Of a stretch of 44,997 bases of DNA, positions 17,977 through 27,801 are shown one piece after another. Each line of letters begins with the position of its first letter. Within the stretch, counting starts at the first letter, position 1. The position numbers were made by a program, and so were the translations under genes. Below the pieces are notes generated by a model. It ran no database searches. It saw nothing but the letters and a program-made list of their open reading frames with translations, and was not told the origin of the DNA. The DNA comes from Gammaproteobacteria bacterium CG22_combo_CG10-13_8_21_14_all_40_8 (GTDB lineage: Bacteria; Pseudomonadota; Gammaproteobacteria; Enterobacterales; GCA-002770795). The stretch is taken from assembly GCA_002770795.1 (NCBI GenBank), contig PCTP01000174.1, forward strand, positions 4,615 through 49,611, in the 5' to 3' direction.

Positions 17977-19341
17977 TTGAACAAGCAATCTCACTCAGGT
18001 TTGAATAAATTGATTTCTGCCCTCAAGTCAGACAAACGCTTTCATGAAATATTTAGAGGCGGTGCCTATGTACTGATTGCCAAAGGCATTGTGAGCCTCT
18101 TAGGCCTTTTCACAAACTTATTTATGGCTCGTTATTATGGCGCTGAGATTATCGGTTACGTAGCCACAATTAACTCTATATTAGCCATATTGATTACGCT
18201 TTCCTTATTAGGTAACCAAACCGCTATATTAAGATTTATCCCAGAATTCCTCAATAAATACAATTTCAAAACTACTTATCTGTTGATTCGAAAACTTGCC
18301 TTGGTGATTTTACTTATGGCAACTCTTTTAACTGTTATCTTTGTATTGAATCTTTCACAAATCAGTGCGAACTTGTTTCACAAACCTGTTATCGAACAAC
18401 CTTTATTCATCAGTCTGCTATTTTTGCTCGTATTTTCTCTGATGGCCTTCAGTCAACAAGTGCTTAGAGGATTAAAGCTCATTCACCAATATGTTTTGAA
18501 TTTAATCACCATTCCTCTACTCAACTTGTTGTTATTAATTCTATCAACCTTTTTCTTTTATCATACTTTCAATGCGATATACACAAGGGTGATAGCGACT
18601 CTTTGTGTGGCGATTTTTAATTTTGCTCTGATACACCGCTACTTCCATCTGCAAGTTAGTTTGAACGCTAGCAGTATTCAATTCGATACTAAACCTCTAC
18701 TTATCACGGCTCTACCTATGTTAGCAACGACTTCCCTAGCGACGATTATGGGTCAAGTTGATACTTTGATGATTGCTAAATACCTCCCTGCAACGCAAGT
18801 GGGCCTGTATCACGTGGCGTTAAAAATTGCACTTTTAACCACATTAATTATTCAATCCGTTAACACCCTATCAGCCCCCAATTATTCAGAATTATTCCAT
18901 ACAAAACAAACTCAAGAGCTCAGAAAAATTATTACAAAAACATCCATTCTGCTCTTTGTTCTAGTATCACCGATATTCTTAATCTTTTTCTTTTTTGGAG
19001 ATGCTATTATTTCTTTAACATTCGGACCAATATTTAGTGCGAGTAATTCTAGTCTATTAGTGTTAGTGAGCGGATTCTATATCGCTACTTTATTTGGCTC
19101 TAACTCATTATTTCTTTCCATGACAGGCCATCAAAATACCTTATTAGTATTAATTCTGATCACATTTATCTTAAATGTGTTACTAAACACTCTACTCATA
19201 CCAAAATTTGGAATTGTTGGTGCAGCCATAGCAACCTCCAGTTCCATTTTTATAAAAAACCTAATGGCAACCTTATTTATCTATCACCGCCATCGAATAA
19301 ATACCTCTATATTTAGCCTTGAGATTTTACGGCATGAATAG
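17977..19341 (+). CDS. Wzx-like oligosaccharide flippase (MOP superfamily polysaccharide biosynthesis protein), copy 1
   Basis: 454 aa and hydrophobic throughout, with about 12-14 predicted helices. Sits in polysaccharide-locus context. TTG start in the track, so the start is uncertain. Confidence 0.75.
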   Translation: MNKQSHSGLNKLISALKSDKRFHEIFRGGAYVLIAKGIVSLLGLFTNLFMARYYGAEIIGYVATINSILAILITLSLLGNQTAILRFIPEFLNKYNFKTTYLLIRKLALVILLMATLLTVIFVLNLSQISANLFHKPVIEQPLFISLLFLLVFSLMAFSQQVLRGLKLIHQYVLNLITIPLLNLLLLILSTFFFYHTFNAIYTRVIATLCVAIFNFALIHRYFHLQVSLNASSIQFDTKPLLITALPMLATTSLATIMGQVDTLMIAKYLPATQVGLYHVALKIALLTTLIIQSVNTLSAPNYSELFHTKQTQELRKIITKTSILLFVLVSPIFLIFFFFGDAIISLTFGPIFSASNSSLLVLVSGFYIATLFGSNSLFLSMTGHQNTLLVLILITFILNVLLNTLLIPKFGIVGAAIATSSSIFIKNLMATLFIYHRHRINTSIFSLEILRHE

Positions 19342-20173
19342 AAAAAAACGCTTATTTTCAAATCGAATTCTATTAGAACTCATTTTGTGGTTTAGAGTTC
19401 TTTTAGTAAAGATTTTAATCAGGAGATCTCAACCCGATTTTATGATCATTGGTGCTCAAAAATGTGGCACTACCTCACTTTTTAACTACATCTGTCAATA
19501 TTCAACGAACTTCAAACCTCCATTAGTCAAAGAAACACAATTTTTTACGCAAAATTATGCAAAAGGTTTAGACTATTACTACGCTCACTTTCCATTATTT
19601 AAGTCCCCCACACAGATCACTGGAGAAGCAAGTCCAACCTATTTATTCTTTAAAAAGGCTGCAAAAAGAACACATCTGCATTTTCCACAACTGAAATTAG
19701 TGGTTTTATTGAGAGATCCTGTTGATAGAGCCTATTCTCATTATCATTTTTCCATGCGTAATTTGCCAGAATCACAAAAAATAAGCTTTGAAGAAGCATT
19801 AGAGAGAGAGGACAAACTTAATTTTCAGACATATTCTGATTATTTGTCTACTGCAGAAAAAAAATCCTCGTATAAATCAAGAGGATTGTATGCTGATCAA
19901 ATAGAATATTGGCTTGAGTTTTTCAATATGGAAAATATTTACTTTATTGAAGCCGATGAACTTAAAAAATCACCAGATAAAATACTCACCAATCTTTTTC
20001 TATTTTTAGGTTTAAAAAAAGAAAATTCAGCCGATTTCAACAACTTAAAAAAATACAATCGGAATAGTTACCCTAATATGGCAACAAAGACACAAGGCGC
20101 CTTAAGGAAATTTTTTCAAGCTCCCAATCAAAAGCTATTTGCATTATTGAATAAAACTTATCCTTGGAAATAA
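19334..20173 (+). CDS. Sulfotransferase, Sulfotransfer_1 (heparan-sulfate sulfotransferase-like) type, with N-terminal hydrophobic anchor
   Basis: 5'-PSB FMIIGAQKCGTTSLFNYI. 3'-PB VVLLRDPVDRAYSHYHF. The N-terminus NRILLELILWFRVLLVKILI is hydrophobic. The ATG at 19334 overlaps the flippase TAG (ATGAATAG). The track ORF begins 15 nt upstream at a TTG. Confidence 0.85.
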   Translation: MNRKKRLFSNRILLELILWFRVLLVKILIRRSQPDFMIIGAQKCGTTSLFNYICQYSTNFKPPLVKETQFFTQNYAKGLDYYYAHFPLFKSPTQITGEASPTYLFFKKAAKRTHLHFPQLKLVVLLRDPVDRAYSHYHFSMRNLPESQKISFEEALEREDKLNFQTYSDYLSTAEKKSSYKSRGLYADQIEYWLEFFNMENIYFIEADELKKSPDKILTNLFLFLGLKKENSADFNNLKKYNRNSYPNMATKTQGALRKFFQAPNQKLFALLNKTYPWK

Positions 20174-20260
20174 ATTACCGCATAGGCATCTATACTTTGT
20201 GAAATTTTGCTATACTCCTGATCTTGTCTGTCAAAACTCTTTAATTAACTAGTATCCCTT

Positions 20261-22162
20261 ATGTACAAGACTAATATATTCAAGAACATAGCCCTAAAGG
20301 TGCTATCTTTAAGCAGACAAAAAAAACAAATTATTGCCATGCTTTTTGATTTTATAGCATTGACTACCGCTTTTTTAATCTCATGGCGTCTCACTAATCA
20401 TCGGCTAGCATTAGAAACCTCATTATTATTTGCTTTCTTACTGCTCACCAACTATTTGGCTACATTATTTCTTTTTCATCGTTTCTCTGTCTACAAAACC
20501 GTCGTTCGATATCTGGATCTCACCGTTCTAACAAGCATTTTTGCAAGTTTGTTTGTTGGTTCACTGATGTTTTATCTTATCTTGTATTATTTTAATATCG
20601 CACGGCCTTTAGCACTTTCTATTATATTTTTAGCCTCTAGTCTCCTTATCATTTCTGGTACTCGTTTGGTTGTTCGAGCCCTGTTAAGATATATTCACCC
20701 CAGTAACCTCAAACGAGTTCTAATATATGGCGCTGGATCCGCAGGAAGACAACTTTCTGCGGCTTTAAAGCGAGGAAATGAATATTCACCTATCGCCTTT
20801 ATGGATGATGATCTCTCTCTACAAGGTACGAAAATAGAAGGCTTAACCGTTTATTCAGTAGCCGAAATAAAAAGTCAAATCACCTCTTTGAGGGTAGATG
20901 TTATTCTTTTAGCCATGCCCAGAAACTCATCTCAAAAACAACGTGTTTTGGTCACTGAACTGGAATCACTTCAAGTCGAAGTTAAATCATTACCTAGTTT
21001 TGCAGATTTAGTCAGCGGTAAAGCGAAAATTGATGAATTACGCGATGTACAAATTGAAGATCTACTCGGACGTGACGCAGTATTTGCCAACCCAGATCTT
21101 CTGACACAATGTATCATCCATAAAAATGTATTAGTCACAGGTGCAGGAGGTTCAATTGGCTCTGAACTCTGTAGACAGATTATTCAACTTTCACCAAAGA
21201 CACTGATCCTCTTTGATGTCTCTGAATTTAATCTCTACCAAATTGAACAAGAATTACTTCAACAACAATCAGACACTAAAATATTTGCTGTATTGGGTAG
21301 CATACAAAATAAATCACGACTTCTATCCACTCTAACCAGCTTCAAAGTTGAAACAGTTTATCATGCGGCAGCCTATAAACATGTTCCCATGGTTGAACAG
21401 AATACTATAGAAGGAGTCAGAAACAATATATTCGGTTCGCTCAATACAGCACAGGCAGCCATTGAAGCGGGCGTTGAGGTTTTTGTTCTGATATCGACAG
21501 ACAAAGCTGTTAGGCCTACCAATACTATGGGTGCAACGAAAAGAGTTGCTGAGTTAATTTTACAGGGACTCAATAGCCAAAATCATTCAACCAAGTTTTG
21601 CATGGTTCGATTTGGAAATGTCCTAGGTTCTTCTGGTTCTGTAGTTCCTCTATTCCATAGACAAATTAGAGAAGGTGGCCCCATTACTGTCACAGATCCC
21701 AAAATTATTCGCTATTTTATGACAATCCCAGAAGCTGCCCTATTAGTTATTCAGGCAGGTTCAATGGCCAATGGCGGGGATGTTTTTGTTCTCGATATGG
21801 GAGAGCCTGTTTTAATACATGACTTAGCTAAAAGAATGATCGAATTATCAGGCCTAGAAGAAAAAACAGAAGAAAACCCTGATGGCGATATTGAAATAAT
21901 ATTCACTGGTCTTAGACCAGGAGAAAAACTCTATGAAGAGTTATTAATCGGGGAGAATAACGTGACCAGCACTCAACATCCTAGAATTATGAGTGCTCAA
22001 GAAAGCTTTATGAAATGGGAAGAACTACATCAACTTTTAGGGCAGTTAGACATTGCTTGCTCTGACAGAAATGCATCAAAAATTAGGCAGTTACTTATTA
22101 ATGCCCCAATTGACTTTAGGCCTATTTCTTCCAATAGTGATCATTTGGAAAATCATCATTAA
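20261..22162 (+). CDS. Membrane-anchored UDP-HexNAc 4,6-dehydratase (CapD/WbpM/PglF family)
   Basis: Four N-terminal TM helices. Rossmann motifs YGAGSAGRQL and VTGAGGSIGSEL. SDR core STDKAVRPTNTMGATKR, then FGNVLGSSGSV and MTIPEA, as in the CapD/PglF family. Confidence 0.9.
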   Translation: MYKTNIFKNIALKVLSLSRQKKQIIAMLFDFIALTTAFLISWRLTNHRLALETSLLFAFLLLTNYLATLFLFHRFSVYKTVVRYLDLTVLTSIFASLFVGSLMFYLILYYFNIARPLALSIIFLASSLLIISGTRLVVRALLRYIHPSNLKRVLIYGAGSAGRQLSAALKRGNEYSPIAFMDDDLSLQGTKIEGLTVYSVAEIKSQITSLRVDVILLAMPRNSSQKQRVLVTELESLQVEVKSLPSFADLVSGKAKIDELRDVQIEDLLGRDAVFANPDLLTQCIIHKNVLVTGAGGSIGSELCRQIIQLSPKTLILFDVSEFNLYQIEQELLQQQSDTKIFAVLGSIQNKSRLLSTLTSFKVETVYHAAAYKHVPMVEQNTIEGVRNNIFGSLNTAQAAIEAGVEVFVLISTDKAVRPTNTMGATKRVAELILQGLNSQNHSTKFCMVRFGNVLGSSGSVVPLFHRQIREGGPITVTDPKIIRYFMTIPEAALLVIQAGSMANGGDVFVLDMGEPVLIHDLAKRMIELSGLEEKTEENPDGDIEIIFTGLRPGEKLYEELLIGENNVTSTQHPRIMSAQESFMKWEELHQLLGQLDIACSDRNASKIRQLLINAPIDFRPISSNSDHLENHH

Positions 22163-22175
22163 GAGTAAAGTTTAC

Positions 22176-24008
22176 CTAAATGCAGTCATGTTCAATATTC
22201 GAATAAAAAATCTCATTCCAAAGATGAACCTGATAAAGCCTAAACATGAATCTTTCATATTTAGGCATAAGTAAAGTTGTACTATTAACATAAGTTTTGA
22301 CATTTTTAGAAAAAATTGGCCAATCAAAGATTGGAGATGTCTCCAAATCAAGAACCATCTTCTTTTTAGTTTCTAACTTTATATTTGAAGAAAATCCAAT
22401 TTTTTTCCTTTCTAGTTGTTGACGAAAAACCTGATAGCCAGTTAATTTCCTCAGTACATATTTATTCTTCGCATTCCAAATTTTTAGTTTATCTCCATAT
22501 TTAAAAACAAAATCTACCAGCCGGTGATCCATAAATGGTGAGCGATTCTCAACAGAATTATTCATTGCAACAATATCACCATAATAAAGTAAATTAGAAA
22601 GTCCTTTGGAGTGTTGCTGCATTAAATAACCATTTATGTCTGTACGTTTATTTGGAGCTACACTATCTTCCTCTAACAGAGTCTTTTCCGAATCTTTGAA
22701 ATCAGAAAAGAATTTCTCATAGCCGATAAAATTTCGTAGAACTTTTTTACTTGGCTCACTTAAATTAGTACGTAATGACAACTTTAATGAACTTAAGAAT
22801 CCATCTTTTATCATGTCTTTAGTTAAAAGATATGCCTGTTTGAACTGCATAGATTTAAGATAGTAGGGTAATAAAACTAAGAAATAGGTTTTGTATCCCC
22901 CTAGTAACTCATCTGCTCCTTGCCCATCCAGGCTAACTTTTATATTTGAACTTGCAATTTTTTCATATAAATAATCAATTGATACAATTGCTGGTGAAGA
23001 ATGTCCCTTGCCCAGATGTTGTACTAATCGCTTTAACCTTAATATATAATCATCTGGATTATTATCCTGTTTACTTATAACTAAAGACATTTTTAATTGA
23101 TTAGCAATAATTTGTGCATACTGGCTTTCATCATTGTGATCTTCTGACGCATATGTAAATGCTAGTATTTTTTCATTTGTATTTTCTTTTCGCATGTAAT
23201 ATGCAACTAAAGTACTATCTATTCCACCAGAAAGTAGTACGCTTAGAGGGACATCTGCTCTTAGTCGTAGTTTGACAGAATCTTCAAATAAATGTTCAAA
23301 TTCATCAAAAACCTTATCATTAGTTTCAGCTATAGCTCCATCAAAATATTTCCAATAACTATTTTTCTCTATTGAACCATCTGATTTTACTTTCCAATAC
23401 TCAGATTTTGGGAAGGTTTTTATGTCTTTAAAAAAAGTTCTCCCACCTAAATCAGCATCGCCTTCTTTCAGAAAACTTTGGATCATAAAATAATCAACCG
23501 CCAACTGTTTTTGCATTGTTAACTGTTGAATTTCACTCGCAAAATAAAGAACATCATCACTTTGCATATAAAATAAAGGCTTTTGACCAAATCTATCTCT
23601 TGATACATAAATTTCTTTAGAATGAGTATCATAAATCACCAACGACCACATACCATTAAAATGAGAAAAACACTGTTCTCCCCATTTGTGAAATGATTTT
23701 ATCACCACTTCGGTATCTGAATCGGTATCGAAGTGGTAGCCATGACATTCTAATTCGCTTCTTAGTTCTATATAATTAAAAATCTCCCCATTATAAATCA
23801 TTTTCAGATATTCAAAATAAAATGGCTGATTTCCACTTTCCTGTAGACCGATGATAGACAGTCTTGTATGACCTAAGAAGCAGCGTTCATCGCTTTCATA
23901 TCCGATATGGTCTGGACCTCTATGTTTGACTTTTTCTATTGCTTTTATACAGTTTTCAATATTAAGCGCTTTCTTAGAGTAATTAAAAGCCGTAAAAATA
24001 CCACACAT
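22176..24008 (-). CDS. Asparagine synthase (glutamine-hydrolysing)-like amidotransferase; in this context probably a uronic-acid amidotransferase (WbpS/WbtH-like)
   Basis: N-terminal nucleophile MCGI. GATase_7 blocks HRGPD, NGEIFNY, SDTEV. PP-loop SGGIDST in the synthetase domain. Confidence 0.88.
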   Translation of the reverse strand: MCGIFTAFNYSKKALNIENCIKAIEKVKHRGPDHIGYESDERCFLGHTRLSIIGLQESGNQPFYFEYLKMIYNGEIFNYIELRSELECHGYHFDTDSDTEVVIKSFHKWGEQCFSHFNGMWSLVIYDTHSKEIYVSRDRFGQKPLFYMQSDDVLYFASEIQQLTMQKQLAVDYFMIQSFLKEGDADLGGRTFFKDIKTFPKSEYWKVKSDGSIEKNSYWKYFDGAIAETNDKVFDEFEHLFEDSVKLRLRADVPLSVLLSGGIDSTLVAYYMRKENTNEKILAFTYASEDHNDESQYAQIIANQLKMSLVISKQDNNPDDYILRLKRLVQHLGKGHSSPAIVSIDYLYEKIASSNIKVSLDGQGADELLGGYKTYFLVLLPYYLKSMQFKQAYLLTKDMIKDGFLSSLKLSLRTNLSEPSKKVLRNFIGYEKFFSDFKDSEKTLLEEDSVAPNKRTDINGYLMQQHSKGLSNLLYYGDIVAMNNSVENRSPFMDHRLVDFVFKYGDKLKIWNAKNKYVLRKLTGYQVFRQQLERKKIGFSSNIKLETKKKMVLDLETSPIFDWPIFSKNVKTYVNSTTLLMPKYERFMFRLYQVHLWNEIFYSNIEHDCI

Positions 24009-24147
24009 TGATGACCCCTAAAGGAATTTTGATTTTTAAAATCGGTACTTATACTTATGCCACCTCAAAATGCAGGTAGCACGAGTATATCACTTTGTTT
24101 GAGATGAAGAATCTTGTTACATAATTATCGTGAATTCACATAAAATA

Positions 24148-25326
24148 TCATTTGTATTCTGCATGACCTAACACAGTTTCAATGACATTCGACATAAAAG
24201 TCATATCACTCAAGCACAAAGTTGGATGAATCAAAAACATTAAACTAGTTTCCCCTAACTCTTTGGCAATTGATAACCGTTGTTTAGGTCGAAATCCTGT
24301 ATTATCAAAAGCCTTTTCTAAATATATTTCAGAGCAAGATCCTTGAAAGCATGGAACACCCAATTTATTAATTGCATTTACAATACGATCTCTATCCCAA
24401 TCTGATTTCAAGTTTTTGGGCTTAACAAAAGCATAATATTTATAATACGCATGTACTATATTGTCTGCAGGTTTAGCTATTCGAATACAATCAAATTCTG
24501 TCAGAACCTTTTCAAGCATCTTTGCGTTTTGATTTCTTTTTTCAGTCCAATCTTTCATTTGTGTGATCTGGTAGCGGCCGATAGCAGATTGCATCTCAGT
24601 TAATCGAAAATTTGTGCCAAAACTTTCATGAAGCCACCTAAAACCTGGTGCATGTTGACGATTATAAACCGCATCCCAAGATTTCCCATGATCCTTATAA
24701 GCCCACATTTTTTTCCAGAGAGACTCATTATTTGTCGTGACCATACCCCCTTCACCCCCAGTTGTCATAATTTTATCTTGGCAAAAAGACCAGGCATTAA
24801 TATGACCGATAGAGCCTACAGATCGACCTTTATATTTTGCACCATGGGCTTGAGCACAATCTTCGATCACAAACAGATTCTTCTGAACCGCCAAATCCAT
24901 AATAGGGTCCATATCGCAGGGCCAGCCAGCCAGGTGAACACAGATAATCGCTTTGGTTCTATTTGTTAAAACTTTAGATATAGTTTCAGCAGTAATATTT
25001 TGCGAATTTGGATCTACATCTGCAAAAACTGGTATAGCACCAGCATTTACGATACTGCTTGCTGAAGCTAAAAATGTTCTAGGCGTCACAATGACCTCAT
25101 CGCCAACACCTATATCTAGAGCATGAAGTGCTAAATCGATAGCAACAGTTCCATTAGCCAAAGCAATAGCATATTGTGATTGCGTATAGGCTGCAAATTC
25201 TTTCTCAAAACATCGTCCCTCATCCCCTGTCCAATAATTCACTTTGCCTGAAGCAAGCACTCTTGAAACCGCTGATATTTCATATTCTGAAAATACAGGC
25301 CAAGAACCAAGTAATTTATCATTCAT
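24148..25326 (-). CDS. DegT-family aminotransferase, PglE-like (UDP-4-keto-6-deoxy-HexNAc 4-aminotransferase)
   Basis: WPVFSEYEISAV, ALANGTVAIDLAL, VIVTPRTFLASASS, EDCAQAHGA, SFCQDKIMTTGGEGG (PLP lysine). Adjacent to a NeuD/PglD-type acetyltransferase and a small phosphoglycosyl transferase. Confidence 0.85.
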   Translation of the reverse strand: MNDKLLGSWPVFSEYEISAVSRVLASGKVNYWTGDEGRCFEKEFAAYTQSQYAIALANGTVAIDLALHALDIGVGDEVIVTPRTFLASASSIVNAGAIPVFADVDPNSQNITAETISKVLTNRTKAIICVHLAGWPCDMDPIMDLAVQKNLFVIEDCAQAHGAKYKGRSVGSIGHINAWSFCQDKIMTTGGEGGMVTTNNESLWKKMWAYKDHGKSWDAVYNRQHAPGFRWLHESFGTNFRLTEMQSAIGRYQITQMKDWTEKRNQNAKMLEKVLTEFDCIRIAKPADNIVHAYYKYYAFVKPKNLKSDWDRDRIVNAINKLGVPCFQGSCSEIYLEKAFDNTGFRPKQRLSIAKELGETSLMFLIHPTLCLSDMTFMSNVIETVLGHAEYK

Positions 25327-25959
25327 TTAGTTCGTTTTTCCTTTAATAATTTTAGTGGGAACACCAACAGCAGTTATATCACTTGGAAGGTTTCGAATCG
25401 CAACACTCCCTGCACCCACAATCGAGTTTGAACCAATGGTAAGATTTTGAATAATTGTAGATCCAATCCCTATCCAGGAATTTTTACCAATCGAAACATT
25501 GCCGGCTATGTGTACACCAGGGCAAATATGCACATAATCACTGATACAACAATCGTGATCAATAGTTGCTGCGGTGTTGATAATAACGCCATTTCCGAGT
25601 TTTGAATCAATGTTAATACAGGCTCCATTAGCAACCAAGTTACCAAGTCCTATTTCGACGTAGGTGCTAATAATGGCTGAAGGCGAAATCAAATTAACCA
25701 CATTATTTGATGTTTTAAATAATGCTTCAAGTTTCTGTTTACGTGCTGAGTTATTTCCAATCGCCACAAAAGTAGCATCATATTCTTTCGCTTTTAAAAA
25801 GAAACTCTTCTCATCACCGATGACTTTCCATTTACATAAATTTTTCTCATTTAGCCAATTGACATCATAAAAATCTATCTGTTGCCACCCCAAAGCAAGA
25901 GCAATTTCTGCAGCTACTTTTCCATGTCCACTGGCGCCAAGAATAGCAAGTGTTTTCAT
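25327..25959 (-). CDS. NeuD/PglD-family sugar N-acetyltransferase (hexapeptide repeat)
   Basis: N-terminal Rossmann-like LAILGASGHGKV, then a beta-helix (IGLGNLVANGACINIDSKLGNGVIINTAATIDHDCCISDYVHICPGVHIAGNVSIG...). The start is placed at the ATG at 25959, preceded by GAGGAAA 8 nt upstream. The track ORF starts 27 nt earlier. Confidence 0.85.
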   Translation of the reverse strand: MKTLAILGASGHGKVAAEIALALGWQQIDFYDVNWLNEKNLCKWKVIGDEKSFFLKAKEYDATFVAIGNNSARKQKLEALFKTSNNVVNLISPSAIISTYVEIGLGNLVANGACINIDSKLGNGVIINTAATIDHDCCISDYVHICPGVHIAGNVSIGKNSWIGIGSTIIQNLTIGSNSIVGAGSVAIRNLPSDITAVGVPTKIIKGKTN

Positions 25960-25972
25960 AATGATTTTTCCT

Positions 25973-26575
25973 CTAAGGCTTTCCATTAGAACCTGAAAAT
26001 TTTGACATAGTCACCTCTCCTTGTGCTGAGATCCCTTCACGGAAAAAAACTTTCTTTACTGTTAAACAAAGAATTTTTATATCTAACCAAAAACTCTGAT
26101 TATCAACGTACCAAACATCTAATGTGAATTTATCTTCCCAGCTTATCGCATTGCGACCATTGATCTGTGCCCAACCTGTAATACCTGGCTTCACCTCGTG
26201 ACGTCGTGCTTGTTGTGAATTGTACAAGGGGAGATATTCAGTCAGCAAAGGTCTTGGTCCCACTAAACTCATGTCTCCTTTGAGCACGTTCCACAAACCT
26301 GGTAACTCATCTAAACTTAAACTGCGTATTAGTTTACCAAAACTGGTGATCCTTTCCTCGTCAGAAAGAGGATTGCCATGATTATCTAAAGCATTTTTCA
26401 TAGAACGAAATTTTATCATCTCAAAAATAATATTATTTTTTCCGGGTCTTGATTGCCGAAAAAGAACAGGTGGGCCAAAGTTTATGGCCACGAGCAGGCC
26501 AGTCAATAGCAATATTGGCCAAAGAATTAAAAGTGCAGAAAAAGAAATAATAATATCAAATAACCTTTTCAACAT
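25973..26575 (-). CDS. Small monotopic phosphoglycosyl transferase (PglC/WbgY-like undecaprenyl-phosphate sugar-phosphate transferase), initiating enzyme
   Basis: LKRLFDIIISFSALLILWPILLL re-entrant helix. KFRSM, DELPGLWNVLKGDMSLVGPRP, PGITGWAQ are bacterial sugar transferase family motifs. About 200 aa if it starts at the ATG at 26575; the track uses the GTG at 26602. Confidence 0.88.
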   Translation of the reverse strand: MLKRLFDIIISFSALLILWPILLLTGLLVAINFGPPVLFRQSRPGKNNIIFEMIKFRSMKNALDNHGNPLSDEERITSFGKLIRSLSLDELPGLWNVLKGDMSLVGPRPLLTEYLPLYNSQQARRHEVKPGITGWAQINGRNAISWEDKFTLDVWYVDNQSFWLDIKILCLTVKKVFFREGISAQGEVTMSKFSGSNGKP

Positions 26576-27798
26576 GATTTTTCCCAACTTGTCTCTAACC
26601 ACAACACAAATTGTTCAGCCAATATTTCTCGATTAAACTGTGAAACGGCTAACTCTTTTGCAGCTAAACTCATAGGTTTCAATTGTTCTGAATTATCAGC
26701 TAAATTTTCTATAGCGAGAACAAAGGCTTCAGGATCATCGGCGTCGACAGCAACCCCACATTTTACATTGGTAATCAGATCAGCAATCCAACCTGGATAG
26801 TTACATAAAACAGGTAGTCCAGATGATAAATAATCGAAGAACTTATTTGGTGATGTGCCATAATAAAATGCTGGTACATTCGCTAGAATTTGTAAGCCCA
26901 AATTCGCTGACTTGGTTAATCCGGTGAGTTGGTGTTTTGAAACTGGATCGTGGAACACAATGTTTTCTAAACCTTTATTAGTCGCTAACTGTTGTAATTG
27001 TGCTTTTTCCTTTCCCTGTCCAACTAAAAGTATTTTAATATCATATCGTTGATGTTTTTGGAGAATTTCTGCTACTTTTATCAGTGCCCCCAATCCATTC
27101 GCCAAGCCATGAGTGCCGGTAAATATTGCCAGGAAATCAGAATCATTAATGGATGCAGGCCGCCAAGGAGCAGCTGATTTTTTATCAAAAAAATCAATAT
27201 CACATCCATTAGGGATTAGGATAACTCTTGATTCATCCTTTATTATCCTTAAAATTCCTTGTTTTATCCCGGGAGATAAAGCAATTAACCTATCAGCACT
27301 CTTATACGCAGTCCATTCCAAGAAGCTCATTAACCCTAAAACAATCGGATTTTTAATCACGCCCATGGCTTTGGGAAGCTCTGGCCATAAATCTCTTACT
27401 TCAAATACAAAAGGCTTTCGTCTAATCAATTTCGCAAAAATACCAGGTATTGCAGCAGTCAGTGGTGTTGTTGTTGCAAATAAAAGATCATAGTTTTCAA
27501 ACATGGCGACTTGAATACTCTTAACCGCAAAAGATAAAAACAATAGTGTCCTTGTCATAAAACCATCTTGATTTGAATAATTTAATTTAAACTCTACAAC
27601 ATGAATACCATCCACAACTCCTTTTCTAACGCCCTTTATGAAATCATTTTTTAACCCCGTTTCCCCACCTGAATAGGATCCACAAACCATGGTTACATGG
27701 TGGCCATGACTAATTAATCTTTTTGCCATTTCATAAGAGCGCGTGCCTGCCGCACCCGAAGGCGTAGAGAAATGTTGATGAAAATAAAGGACTTTCAT
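26569..27798 (-). CDS. Glycosyltransferase family 4, WbuB/WcaI-like
   Basis: MKVLYFHQHFSTPSGAAGTRSYEMAKRL is the characteristic WbuB/WcaI N-terminus. C-terminal TSPNKFFDYLSSGLPVL. Confidence 0.85.
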   Translation of the reverse strand: MKVLYFHQHFSTPSGAAGTRSYEMAKRLISHGHHVTMVCGSYSGGETGLKNDFIKGVRKGVVDGIHVVEFKLNYSNQDGFMTRTLLFLSFAVKSIQVAMFENYDLLFATTTPLTAAIPGIFAKLIRRKPFVFEVRDLWPELPKAMGVIKNPIVLGLMSFLEWTAYKSADRLIALSPGIKQGILRIIKDESRVILIPNGCDIDFFDKKSAAPWRPASINDSDFLAIFTGTHGLANGLGALIKVAEILQKHQRYDIKILLVGQGKEKAQLQQLATNKGLENIVFHDPVSKHQLTGLTKSANLGLQILANVPAFYYGTSPNKFFDYLSSGLPVLCNYPGWIADLITNVKCGVAVDADDPEAFVLAIENLADNSEQLKPMSLAAKELAVSQFNREILAEQFVLWLETSWEKSC

Positions 27799-27801
27799 AA
27801 A

